Positions 11,438 through 21,682 of a stretch of DNA of 64,000 bases are shown piece after piece (positions within the stretch are counted from its first letter, which is position 1; the number at the start of each line of letters is the position of its first letter). The notes beneath the pieces were generated by a model that did not search any database, was not told where the DNA came from, and saw nothing but the letters and a program-made list of their open reading frames with translations. Where the stretch lies: positions 1,674,001 to 1,738,000 of the forward strand of contig OZ374561.1 in the NCBI GenBank assembly GCA_977862235.1, in the 5' to 3' direction. The DNA comes from Dudresnaya verticillata (taxonomy: Eukaryota). Position numbers and translations under genes: made by a program.

Positions 11438-14400
11438 TCATGAAGCGTCCCACACCGCCTCCCTCAGAAGCATCGCTCCCGTTTCGTACAGCTCCGCCGC
11501 CTCCGCCCCACCCGCATGCTCGCCCGCATCACCCGCCTCCACCATGCCGGCCAGCCGGAATGCCGCGCACGCAAAGCCCTTGTCCACAGCCCGCCGGAGA
11601 AGTTTCGCGGCAGCCTCCGTGTCCCGCGGCACCGCGTCGTGCCCGTCCTGAAGCAGGCACGCCGCTCGGAACATCGCCTCACCGCACTCATCCTGCTCAA
11701 TCGCCCTGTTGTACAGCTCGAACGCCCGCCCCAAGTCACTTGCCAGCCCGTCCGCCCCGCTTTCCAGCAGCTTTCCGAAATGGACCATCACCACCGAGTC
11801 CCCCTTCTTCTCAATCGCCCTGGTATACAGCTCGGCCGCCTTGGCGGCGTCCGGTGGGTGGTCTGCGTACCCCCCCTGTACCATCTTCCCCAGTTCGTAC
11901 ATCGCGTCACGGTCCCCATTTTCCTCCACTCCGCGCCGGAACAGCTCCGCCGCCTTGTCTGCGTCTGCAGCCACCTCCTGCAGCCCGTTCTGATACAACA
12001 ACGCCAACTTGAATTTCGAATCCGCGTCATTCTCATTTTCCTGGAGGGCCTGCTCGAACCACCGCACCGCCACCCGCGCTTTCGGGCCCCCCTCCCAGTC
12101 CTCCTGCATGAACAACCACCCCAACTCGTACATCGCCTCGGTGTTTCTGCCCACGGCCACGGCGAGCAGGAACAACTTGACAGCAATCCTGCGGTTTCGT
12201 TTGAAACTCCCAGGTCCGTGGGCGTACAACATTCCTAGGAGTCGCATCGCATCGTCGTCTTTCCACTCGTATATCGCCCTTCTGTAATACATTGCAGCCG
12301 CAACACAATCTATCTCAATTCCGGGAGCACCCCGCTCGAGGAGAACACCCAAATTGCGCATTGACACCGGATTGCCTTTTTCCACGGCCTGCTTACATAG
12401 GTCGACTGCAGCAACTGGGTCGGGTTCAACGTCATCGTACCCGTGTAGGACGAAGAACGCCTTGTTGTTCAAAGCTGTTGAAGAACCACGATGAATAGCG
12501 CGATCGTAGAGCTGCACAGCCTCTTTTCGATCTGGCTCATGTTCTCCATAGCCATGTTCCAACAACCTTGCAAGTCTACACAAGGCATCAGCGTCTTCGC
12601 ACTCTTCGAGATATCGCCGCAAAAGCGCTACCGCAGCGGGTCGGTCTGCAGGCACACCAGACCTTCCGTACTCCAGAATGCTTGCCAAGTTGAACAAGGC
12701 AGTGCGATTTCCCAATTCCACTGATCTCTGCAGGAGCTCTAGTGCTCTCTCGGGATCAGAAGGGACGCCATTACAGCCTTTCAACAGGATCATAGCGAGC
12801 TCCTTCATAGCCGCGGGGCTTTCGTTGTAGGCAATCGCCCTCTCGTACCAGTTTACGGCCTCCGCTGGTTGGGGATCTACATCCCCATATCCGTCCTGTG
12901 CAAGGAAGCCCAAGCGCACGAGAGCAATGCCTAAATTTCCTTCTTCGACTGCGCGTTCGTAGAGTTCTTTGGCCGCAGCAGGATCCGGAGGCACGTCATC
13001 GTAGCCGTGTTCCAGGAAAGTAGCCAAATTGTACATAATCATGAACTGGTCTTTGAACTCCATCCCGCGCCGAAGCATCTCTATTGCTCTGGCCGGGTTT
13101 GGACGTACCTTACCGCAACCATTCCAAAGCATAAGAGCAAGATTGTTCATGGCACAAGGATCGTTGTGTTCATCGATACTTCTCTCATACAGTTCTGCTG
13201 CTCGAACTGGATCTGGTGGCATGCCATCACCGCCTTTTTGGATGATATGCCCGAGCATGTTAAGTGAGCTTTTATCGTCAAACTCATCAATAAGGCGCTC
13301 AAACACTTCTACGGCTTTCGCGGGCTGCGGTGGCACACCCTCATATCCATGATGAAGGATCTTTCCACGTTCGTACATTGCTAAGGGCGTAGGCTCCAAA
13401 GCGATTCCATCCTCCAACAACTGCAAAGCTTGACCCGGGTCTGGTGGGACTTCATCGTATCCCTGTATCAAAATGATAGCTAGCGCAGTCATTGCACCAA
13501 CAACATTTCCGGCATCGATTGCACGCCGGTACAATTCGACAGCTGCTGAATGATCCGGTGGTGTGTCTCCATACCCTAGCTCCGTGAGGTACCCGAGATA
13601 AAACAATGCGTCTGGGTCGTTGCCTACTTCTATGGCACGTTTGAACAATGCAGCGGCCTTTGCTGAATCAGGTTCAATATCTTCATAGCCGCGATACGTT
13701 AGCCAACCTAGATGATTCATGGCATATACCATATTGCCCTCATCTATCGCGCGCTTATACATCGCAACTGCTTTGGCCATGTCAGGTTTCCCCTCGAGAT
13801 GGCCTCTTTCAATGAGATTCGCGAGATTGACCATTGCGGGTATATGATTGCTCTCGTCAATAGCGCTCTGATACAGCTCTGCAGCCTTGTCCGGGTTGGG
13901 TGACACAGAACCGTAGCCCCGCTCTAAAAGGAGGCCAAGGAAGTTCATAGCCTCGGCATCGCTGCCCTCATCGATGGCACGGCGGTACAACACCACAGCC
14001 GCATCAGGGTCTGGTGTCACACCCAAATGCCCTTGTTCCGTGAGCCGGCCGAGACGTGTCATTGCCACCACATCACCACCCTCATCAATCGCACGCCGGT
14101 ACAAATTGGCCGCCGTTTGATAATCCGGTGGGATATCGCCTTTCTCGCGGTCCGAATATCCGCACTCAAGCAGAAAGGCCAGGTTACGCATAGCCGTCGG
14201 GTTGCTACATTTATCAACCGAAAGACTGTACAAGCGCACCGCCTCGGCCGGGTCCGGCTCAACATCATCATAGCCCATGTCCACAAGCACTGCGAGGTTG
14301 TTCATGGCGGCGGGATGCCCAACCTTGTCAACGACGCGACGATACAGCCTAACAACCTCTGCACAGTCCAGCTTGACATCATCATAGCCGCCGCTGAACA

Positions 14401-14983
14401 AGCAGTGCAGAGCATGCATGGCGCCCATGTCCGCGCCCTCCTCGACGGCGCGCCGGAACAGCCTCACGGCCTCGGCGCGGTCCGGCGGCACGCCCTCGTA
14501 TCCGTCTCGCACGATGGTCGCCAGCCGGCGCAGCGCGCGCACATTGCCGGTGGCCGCGGCACGACGGTACAGCACGGCCGCGCGCGCCGGGTCCGGCGCT
14601 ACGTCGCCAAAGCCGTGCTCGATGACGCCGGCGAGGGTGACGAGCGCGTGCGGGTCGCCCGACGTCTCGAGCGCGGCGGCGTGTCGGTCGACGGCGCGCG
14701 CCAGCTCTGCGGAGGCGGCACGGCGGCGGCGACGCCGGGCGCGGCGCAACCGACGGCGGCGCTCGCGTGGCGCGGCGTCGGACGCCATATCGGACGCCGA
14801 CCCGGCGGTGGAGGTGGATTGGTCCGAGTCGTCCGAGTCGTCCGAGTCGTCCGAGTCGTCCGAGTCATCCGAGTCGTCCGAGTCTGGCTCGACGTCCGAC
14901 TCTGAGTCGGACTCATCGGAGCTCAGGCGGCCATACTCGTCGATCAGGTCGGCGGTTTTCGGTGGGGCGGGCGGGAAGCACAT
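11438..14983 (-). CDS. Sel1-like repeat (SLR/TPR-type) protein, 1181 aa
   Basis: About 27 tandem repeats of about 39 aa with consensus AM..L...L..GY.DV.PDP..A..LY.RAID.G. Acidic N-terminus followed by an Arg-rich stretch. Confidence 0.92.
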   Translation of the reverse strand: MCFPPAPPKTADLIDEYGRLSSDESDSESDVEPDSDDSDDSDDSDDSDDSDDSDQSTSTAGSASDMASDAAPRERRRRLRRARRRRRRAASAELARAVDRHAAALETSGDPHALVTLAGVIEHGFGDVAPDPARAAVLYRRAAATGNVRALRRLATIVRDGYEGVPPDRAEAVRLFRRAVEEGADMGAMHALHCLFSGGYDDVKLDCAEVVRLYRRVVDKVGHPAAMNNLAVLVDMGYDDVEPDPAEAVRLYSLSVDKCSNPTAMRNLAFLLECGYSDREKGDIPPDYQTAANLYRRAIDEGGDVVAMTRLGRLTEQGHLGVTPDPDAAVVLYRRAIDEGSDAEAMNFLGLLLERGYGSVSPNPDKAAELYQSAIDESNHIPAMVNLANLIERGHLEGKPDMAKAVAMYKRAIDEGNMVYAMNHLGWLTYRGYEDIEPDSAKAAALFKRAIEVGNDPDALFYLGYLTELGYGDTPPDHSAAVELYRRAIDAGNVVGAMTALAIILIQGYDEVPPDPGQALQLLEDGIALEPTPLAMYERGKILHHGYEGVPPQPAKAVEVFERLIDEFDDKSSLNMLGHIIQKGGDGMPPDPVRAAELYERSIDEHNDPCAMNNLALMLWNGCGKVRPNPARAIEMLRRGMEFKDQFMIMYNLATFLEHGYDDVPPDPAAAKELYERAVEEGNLGIALVRLGFLAQDGYGDVDPQPAEAVNWYERAIAYNESPAAMKELAMILLKGCNGVPSDPERALELLQRSVELGNRTALFNLASILEYGRSGVPADRPAAVALLRRYLEECEDADALCRLARLLEHGYGEHEPDRKEAVQLYDRAIHRGSSTALNNKAFFVLHGYDDVEPDPVAAVDLCKQAVEKGNPVSMRNLGVLLERGAPGIEIDCVAAAMYYRRAIYEWKDDDAMRLLGMLYAHGPGSFKRNRRIAVKLFLLAVAVGRNTEAMYELGWLFMQEDWEGGPKARVAVRWFEQALQENENDADSKFKLALLYQNGLQEVAADADKAAELFRRGVEENGDRDAMYELGKMVQGGYADHPPDAAKAAELYTRAIEKKGDSVVMVHFGKLLESGADGLASDLGRAFELYNRAIEQDECGEAMFRAACLLQDGHDAVPRDTEAAAKLLRRAVDKGFACAAFRLAGMVEAGDAGEHAGGAEAAELYETGAMLLREAVWDAS
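14822..14884. repeat. 9-bp coding minisatellite (GTCCGAGTC)x7 encoding (SDD)n
   Basis: Seven near-perfect units read directly. Confidence 0.9.
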
Positions 14984-15368
14984 GGGACGGGGCGGCGGCC
15001 TGAGTCAGGGTGGTATGGGACTGCGGGAAGCGAAAGTATGGATGCTTCGGTCTGTTGTTGGGCTCAAGCACGCCGATGGCAATGCTGTTCGGCAAAGGCT
15101 TGCCGGCGGCCGAAACATTGGTAGAGATGAAGGGCGAGAGCTGAGCGGCGCAGGGCCGCGTGGTGGGGTACAGCTGTACTCAAGTGCATCTCTGTGACAG
15201 GGTTCCGTCGTTTTCCACAGCTTCGGTGGAAAACGGAGGAAGTCTTCTGGCAGACGTTGCTGGCAGCGCTGGCACCGAAGGGGACTTGTAGGCTCTCCTC
15301 AAAGATGTGATGTTTTGATGAGAGGTGCGAGCCTTCCAGGCAGCTCCAATGACCAATCCAATGACACC

Positions 15369-15466
15369 CGCAATCCACACCCGGCCTGTTTCTCCAGGCG
15401 GCCTTTGCAGCAGCCTGGAGACGACCTTTGCAGCAACCTGGAGAAACAGGCCGGGGCGTGATTGCG
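15369..15466. repeat. About 30-bp inverted repeat (foldback) with an internal direct repeat
   Basis: ccggcctgtttctccagg (15381-15398) is the perfect reverse complement of cctggagaaacaggccgg (15437-15454). The arms extend imperfectly to cgcaat/attgcg. Confidence 0.85.
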
Positions 15467-15897
15467 CCCCATCTACTCCGCCAGAAACATATTAATATAT
15501 CAACTTAATGATGTCAACCTTGACAACAAGTCCTGCGTTACCCTTCTATTCCCACTGAAGACGTAACTACGCCAATAGGCAAGTCTTCGCATGCTTCCCT
15601 TTCAATCCACCACACCAGCTTCTCTCATCATCATGACTTTGCTCTGGGTTTGTGTTCTCTTGCATACGAACGCTACAAAGGAAATGCTTGCACGACGTGT
15701 AATTCAAGTTGAGCAAAGTGGCTACGCAATCGCGCACGTTACGAAGGAAAAGAAAAAGTTCGCTGCCAGCAGACATGGCCCGCGTCTGCAGGCAAAAAAC
15801 CGTGTGCCCACGTCATATATGAGGGCTACAGTATCGCTGCGCCGCGTTTGGCCATATGACGTCATAACGTTTCTGCAAAAGTGACCTCTCCTCTCTC

Positions 15898-16088
15898 ATG
15901 CTGCTTTCGAAAAGTAGGCTCTACTCTCGAGAGAGGTTGTTTTGTTTACTGGGTTCCTCAGAATGGATTGGGGGCATGTTGTCTAGGAAGAATGTTTGCG
16001 TGACACTTGTTTGTGTGAAAAGAAAGCAGCTGGGCATGTCCAACGTTCCCTTACAGCTTATCCCACCACGCTTGCGAGAGAGAGAGAC

Positions 16089-16129
<41 letters not shown>

Positions 16130-16148
16130 TGCTTTTCAAAAACAGCAT
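15898..16148. mobile_element. MITE-like element, 251 bp, 31-bp terminal inverted repeats
   Basis: The left end atgctgctttcgaaaagtaggctctactctc matches the reverse complement of 16118-16148 at 28/31 positions. No coding capacity. Internal (GA)n. Confidence 0.7.
16076..16122. repeat. (GA)n microsatellite inside the MITE-like element
   Basis: GA run with two GACA interruptions. Confidence 0.9.
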
Positions 16149-17140
16149 CTAGGATCCACCTCAACTTTAGCTGCATCTTGGACAACGTTCTTCCGATGAA
16201 CAAAAATTCAGTGCGCTTCAAGTATTGCTCAGCTCACAGGAGATAGAGAGGGCGTCCAGGCGATTGTTTCACATGTGTTCATGGCAAAGACCTCGGCAAG
16301 AGTGTAGCGACTTCTGCTGAGGTTAGCTCCCCAAACGCTTTGCAACGGGCTTTCAAAGATAACATCAACAAACCGCAACGACTGGAATGCATCTGGCTCG
16401 CCAGAACAGAATGATTCCGCAAAAGAGATATGGGATTCAAAAGGGGGCCTGGAAAGGCTGAATAGTGGTTTAGAATCAGAATGGGGTTGGCTTGAAGCTC
16501 AGATGTTGACCTGGCGGCTTGCACTGTGCAAGCTGCCCACCGCGCAACCCTCATCCCCTATCGCAAGGTTGGTGCGTGCATGTGTAAGGGTTGTCTCCCA
16601 GCCCGAGGGGCTGATATTGGTAGCGGTCGCAGTGCGGGGCAAACGGAAATCCGGTATTGCACTGCCGGGCCGCGCTGATAGGGGATATATCAGCACCGCA
16701 GTGCCACCTCTGAAGAGGAGCGAAGATATACGTATCTTCCATCTTAACGGCGAAGGCGCATTTATTGTGTGGACACTGCAACAGTACATTTCGTATCAAA
16801 TGCTACCACTCGGCTCCGCCTCGCTTACCCATTTCTATTCGGCCCAATTATCGCGCCCATCGGACCAGGCCGACAACTTATTCAACTTATACATGTCGCA
16901 ACAGATGCCGCAGCGCCGCAACATGTATAAGTTGTCGCCCTGGTCCGGCCCGCAACGCGGTCGCAGCAGAAAGCACTCCTCGACAGAGACGCGCAACTTT
17001 TACTCCGGAGGTGAAAACGCCCTCTAGTAGCTCAACGCCGAAGGAACAGCTGCTCATCAAGGTAATGTGCCACAGCAGCGCCCTCTTCACGTTGCGCCTT
17101 GTCCACCTATGGAATTCTTCTGTCCAGGTCCTCATCCTCA

Positions 17141-19003
17141 TCATGGGGTCTGGCAAGTTGGCGAGAGCGATGTGGATGTCACAGCGCTCTCACCAACTTG
17201 CCACACGGCAGAGACATTTCCACCATTTGGAATACTATCACACTGCGCGCTTGACTGTGGCGACATTGACCCAAGGTCCATGGAACAGCGACAGCTTTTC
17301 CGACCTTGAGGAGATTGCTCCTCAAGGTCGGCGGTGCTATCGCTGTTCCAGCGAATCTTATCCTCGTCATCCATCTCAGCATCCCATCGCTCATCATAAG
17401 CACGATAAGGCTTTGGGCAATACCCTGGCCAGCTAACCAGGTCCTCTCCCCAGAGCCTATGAGCCTCCCGGTCAGGTACTACCTTCGGCCTGTTTTCATG
17501 TCCCACAGGTCCCTCCTCAGAATTCGAATACCACGACCCGGCAGGATCCCTGTCTTTGTATTGCTGTTGCATTCTTCGTTGCTTTCGGTACCCCACTGAA
17601 CGATCGCTGTTGGCAGGGCTGTTCGGTGGCGCCCGTGGCTTCATATTAGCACGCTCCAGGAATGGCAATCCCGGTCGATGTGCGTTCTCATTCAACCATA
17701 AAAAGCGATAGCGTTGCCCAGCAGTCGCCAGAACCGAAACAAGCGCCAGAACTCCGATGGGCACTCCAATTGCCAGCTTCACAACAAACCCGTACGCAGA
17801 ATCGGGTCTATTACATCTTCCATCCAACTGTGGTAGTATGTAGCCGCTTCTTGTTGTCTTACCAATCTCACCAAGAATTTTCCTGGCTGCCATCGTCTCA
17901 CCAACCCCACCACCACCCATAAGCTCTGATTTCCATGATAGAGCTACCATACCCGCAATCAAAGCTGTTGAGAATGCCGTCCCGCTGGAGGTTTGATAAT
18001 CGTTTCTGACATTGGTCGTGCGATTCCAGCTTGCCATTTGCACGTGTTCTCCGGGAGCAACAGCATTAATACACTTGCCGTGGTTGCTGAAGTCGGAAAG
18101 ATTGCCGTCTTTGTCGACTGAGCCGACTACTATGTTAGAGTCCATTGTCCATGGATCTTCATTGCATAGATCGGACTGCTCGTCGCCTGCTGCGACAAAG
18201 GTGACTACCCCGCCATTTGCCGCTCTGCTGATTGCTTCGGCCAACACCAGCCTGGTTTGTATCCTGTGTGGCAAGAATGGAAGAACGACAAAAGTGCCAC
18301 GAACGTCCTGGCGTTTTCGGTCGTAGACCCGCTTCCTTGCCGCGAGGTCTAGAACGGAGATAATATCTGCAATTTGACCCCGCCCGTTCTTGTCTAGCGC
18401 TTTGACACAAACAAGATGTGCTTTCTCAACAACGCCGACCTTCTTTCCGACTAGTAGAGATGCCATTGCTGTTCCGTGGCCATTTTCGTCTCTGGCAGAT
18501 TCGAAAGAAGATTTTGGTGCCTTGATGCTTGTGACATGACGTGACTCTATTGATTCTTGTTCCAGGTTGCAGCCCGTGTCCACTGAAAATATATCTACAT
18601 TACTTCCCATGAACTGTGAGCAGCTCTGAATCTTCAAAGCATCTGCGTTCAATGGAAGGATATGGTCGAGTACCCAACTAGATTCATTTTGAGCTAGGCT
18701 GGTCGGGTGGCTCTCCGGGATTGAGAACAAAACGTCTGCAGACTGAACTCTGCTCTTGGGCTTCACAGAATGTTCATCTATTCTGCAAGCTGTAAACATT
18801 TTCAGTTCGGCCATGATGTGTGCGATGTGGTATCCGCTCTTGCGTACCTTTTCAATACGGCCCTCAAATGCTTTCATGGAGGAATTTGATGGCACGGAGA
18901 ATACTTTCCGAGTTCTGTTCCTGCAACGCTCGGGGCTGCGAACCGCATCGCAAAACAAAAGACAAGTTAGTACTGAAGAAACGAACAACAAGTTGATTTC
19001 CAT
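17141..19003 (-). CDS. Membrane-anchored subtilisin-like (S8) protein, probably catalytically inactive
   Basis: Signal peptide (MEINLLFVSSVLTCLLFCDAVRS), VDTG, DENGHGT, AAGD, FSNHG, APG, SGTAFSTA, TM helix (LAIGVPIGVLALVSVLATAG), long cytosolic tail. An alternative upstream ATG is at 19069. Confidence 0.85.
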   Translation of the reverse strand: MEINLLFVSSVLTCLLFCDAVRSPERCRNRTRKVFSVPSNSSMKAFEGRIEKVRKSGYHIAHIMAELKMFTACRIDEHSVKPKSRVQSADVLFSIPESHPTSLAQNESSWVLDHILPLNADALKIQSCSQFMGSNVDIFSVDTGCNLEQESIESRHVTSIKAPKSSFESARDENGHGTAMASLLVGKKVGVVEKAHLVCVKALDKNGRGQIADIISVLDLAARKRVYDRKRQDVRGTFVVLPFLPHRIQTRLVLAEAISRAANGGVVTFVAAGDEQSDLCNEDPWTMDSNIVVGSVDKDGNLSDFSNHGKCINAVAPGEHVQMASWNRTTNVRNDYQTSSGTAFSTALIAGMVALSWKSELMGGGGVGETMAARKILGEIGKTTRSGYILPQLDGRCNRPDSAYGFVVKLAIGVPIGVLALVSVLATAGQRYRFLWLNENAHRPGLPFLERANMKPRAPPNSPANSDRSVGYRKQRRMQQQYKDRDPAGSWYSNSEEGPVGHENRPKVVPDREAHRLWGEDLVSWPGYCPKPYRAYDERWDAEMDDEDKIRWNSDSTADLEEQSPQGRKSCRCSMDLGSMSPQSSAQCDSIPNGGNVSAVWQVGESAVTSTSLSPTCQTP

Positions 19004-20509
19004 TTCGAGTTTCGTGGGACTGATCTGTTTATGCACCCATGCACCCATGCATTGGCAAAGCAGTCCCATGATATCATCGAATGACGTGGTGACTCGTAAC
19101 CATGCCAGAGTATCTAAGTGTCGGTACGTACGTAGTCGGAAGAAGTGGATGTCAGCTGGTTCTGGTTTTAACTACAGTTGTTATTCTAAACGAAACCCAC
19201 ACACAATGACAAGCAATGGAGCTACGATGAGTTTCAACCGATTGCTGTCCGGTCTGCACGCCCGCAGGCGTCCGCTGTGTCCCGGTGGTCCAACCAAGAG
19301 GCCGCTGGCCCATAGGGTATACAATTATTTCAGTGACATTGCCAAGCCCTGTCGGGCGTGGCCGAGGCGTGCGTGAGCACGTTCACAGGAAGCATACAAC
19401 ATCTCTCCTCCGGTCGTGGAGAGGGTGTGGCCAGCATCAGTTCCCATCAGCTTGCCCGCACCCGTAGAGACAGGATGTCTGAGACGAGCGGATGGTCCTT
19501 GGTAGAGAAACGCTATCCTGAATCTAGATGGAAGTCATTCAGAAAACCGGAATACCAAGTTGGACATCATAGTGTCGGTACAGAGGATTATCATCTATCA
19601 TCCGCATCATCCTCTACATATTATTTGCTCACTCACGGTGTATGTACCCTGTCGCAGAGAATAGACGAGATAAAAGGATATCTCTTGTGGAATGTTGCAA
19701 ATAAATGAATACACGGGGAAGTTCATTCTGGCACTTCGATTCGGGTTTCTACCGAGGGTTTGCTCTGCGGAAGCACATAACACTACAAAGTGGATACACG
19801 ATTCCGTAGTGGAAGAGCTCTAGGCGTTGCCAATCAGTGTGGGCTGCGGAATGTGTCTCCTCCACGCGCCCACGCGAAAATTCAAAGTGGACGCAAAATG
19901 GAAAACGCACTGCGAAGGAAGCGTTGCAAACTAATGATGCCACACATTTTATAAGAGGCACTTTTAATGCTTGGAGTAGTGTACCTCGCCGTTGAAACCA
20001 CACTGAAGGAATCATGTTTACGGAATGTTCTATGATGGGAATGAACCGGAGGCATCGATAACTTTCAACACCTAAGTACAGCACCTTAGAGAAGGACCTG
20101 GTTCAGGGCTACTATTTTGCGAGAAAGAATCTTGAAGAACGATTGCTCAAAAGCTTCTGGGAGATGGGAAAATCGTTCTCTGTTTGGTTCATGGCTCGGC
20201 TATGAACAGGTGATGTCCGAACTGGGTTCCTGGCGAGCTCCGGCGGGATCGAGTGACGGCGCGAAGTGGTATTGCTCATTGTTTCTCTGACGGCCGGAAA
20301 AGGGTCGCAGAGAGACGATCAGTACGGACGGAGCAATCCCGATACAAACCGGAATTTTTTACTCCGGCGCTGTAAGCAGTCCGAGCTGGTTTTTGACCGC
20401 ATCGATTGCCCGACACATCAGCGGCTTCACCACCGACTCTCTTGCCCACACGCCCATCGCCATCCTCTCACCTGCACTAACAACTCACCTTCTTCGCGTC
20501 TTCTCCACG

Positions 20510-20737
20510 ATGCCGCCGAAGGTTCCGCCCCGCGTTCGGGGCCAAATCGAGTACTTCACTTCTCCGTACGAGCAGAAGGTGTTCGCCGACATCTTCGACG
20601 CCAAGCTGATGATGACGAAAATGCGCAGGAAGCTCACCTTCGTCAAGGATATGGCGCCCGGTATCATCCTCTTCGCTTCCGTGTATACTTGGGGAAACAG
20701 CACGCATGCGAGGCTCGCGAACGAGCATCGGTATTAG
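20510..20737 (+). CDS. QCR8: Cytochrome b-c1 complex subunit 8 (UQCRQ)
   Basis: 75 aa. RGQIEYFTSPYEQK motif and a single C-terminal TM ending in YTWG. Confidence 0.85.
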   Translation: MPPKVPPRVRGQIEYFTSPYEQKVFADIFDAKLMMTKMRRKLTFVKDMAPGIILFASVYTWGNSTHARLANEHRY

Positions 20738-21118
20738 CTGTATCGCCGCTGTTCGCTCTGGGATTGGGTCCGGCAATCGACGAGCGATAGTGGCGTTGAG
20801 ACAGCGTTTGTCATGGGTCAAGATCGGTGCGAGTTTTTCGCTTTCATGAGTATGGCTGAGTTTGTGCACAAGAATTGTGGATGTTTGATCGCGACTGTGA
20901 ATGCGTTGCATGGATGCTTATTTCGATTAGAAGGATTGTCACGCGATCGCAAGTTGAATGCATCCGTCGCATTGGGATAGCTACGCGTGTGGTTACTGAT
21001 GAGCCTGTAAAGTTTTGAACGCTGAGGATGCAGCTGCCGGCAATTTATGCTTTACACGCGCGAACGCTAGAAGTCATTGAATACTGCCACAGTTAGCTCC
21101 CCGCGCGGCGCAGCTGAA

Positions 21119-21682
21119 CTATTCTAGCACAACCTCTGCGCCAATCTCCTTCAACTTATCACGAATCTGCTCTGCCTCCTCCTTTGCGACTTCCGACTTA
21201 AACACCTTGGGGGCATCCTCAACCATAGCCTTAGCCTCCTTGAGTCCCAACCCGGTGATAGCGCGGACCTCCTTAATGACAGCAATCTTCTTCGCGGCGT
21301 CAAACTTCTCCAGCTTGAGATCAAAAGCCGTTTTCTCCACGGCGGGGGCCGCGTCCTCGGCCGGGGCAGCGCCAGGGGCGGCGCCGGCGAACATGGCAGG
21401 GTGCATGGACATGGGCATTGTCGCTGCGTCGTCGATGCCCAGGCGGTCCTTGAGCCCATCCGTGAGCTGTTTCACCTCCAGCATGTTCAGCGACACGAGA
21501 TCGTCCAGTAGGGCCTGCACGCGCGGCGATGCCGCCACGGCTGCGCCGGCCGGTGGCGGGATGCCGACGGTCGACTCGCCGCCGCCGCTTGCGGCGACGG
21601 CCGGCTCCGCGCATAACCGCCGCAGAAACGGACGGCTTCTTGACAGAGCGCGCGTGGCGGCGTAGGAAAGCTGGCGCTGCAT
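21119..21682 (-). CDS. rplL: Mitochondrial ribosomal protein bL12 (L7/L12)
   Basis: [41 protein letters not shown]-terminal domain, [10 protein letters not shown]-domain, Arg/Ser-rich mitochondrial-type presequence. Confidence 0.93.
   Translation of the reverse strand: MQRQLSYAATRALSRSRPFLRRLCAEPAVAASGGGESTVGIPPPAGAAVAASPRVQALLDDLVSLNMLEVKQLTDGLKDRLGIDDAATMPMSMHPAMFAGAAPGAAPAEDAAPAVEKTAFDLKLEKFDAAKKIAVIKEVRAITGLGLKEAKAMVEDAPKVFKSEVAKEEAEQIRDKLKEIGAEVVLE

Larger units (their letters stand above)
15591..16246 (+). pseudogene. Decayed, inverted paralog of the neighbouring subtilase-like gene
   Basis: RRVIQVEQSGYAIAHVTKEKKKFAASR matches GRIEKVRKSGYHIAHIMAELKMFTACR. SCILDNVLPMNKNSVRFKYCS (from 16169) matches SWVLDHILPLNADALKIQSCS. 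Stops at 15884 and 16246 and an insertion between them. Confidence 0.72.

Noticed and set aside
14822..14884. Short tandem repeats as a possible CRISPR array
   Set aside because: No spacers, in-frame coding repeat, eukaryotic context, no cas genes.
16503..17436. 174-aa and 223-aa + strand ORFs as intact genes
   Set aside because: Non-ATG starts and no recognisable motifs. At best decayed subtilase remnants or antisense shadow.
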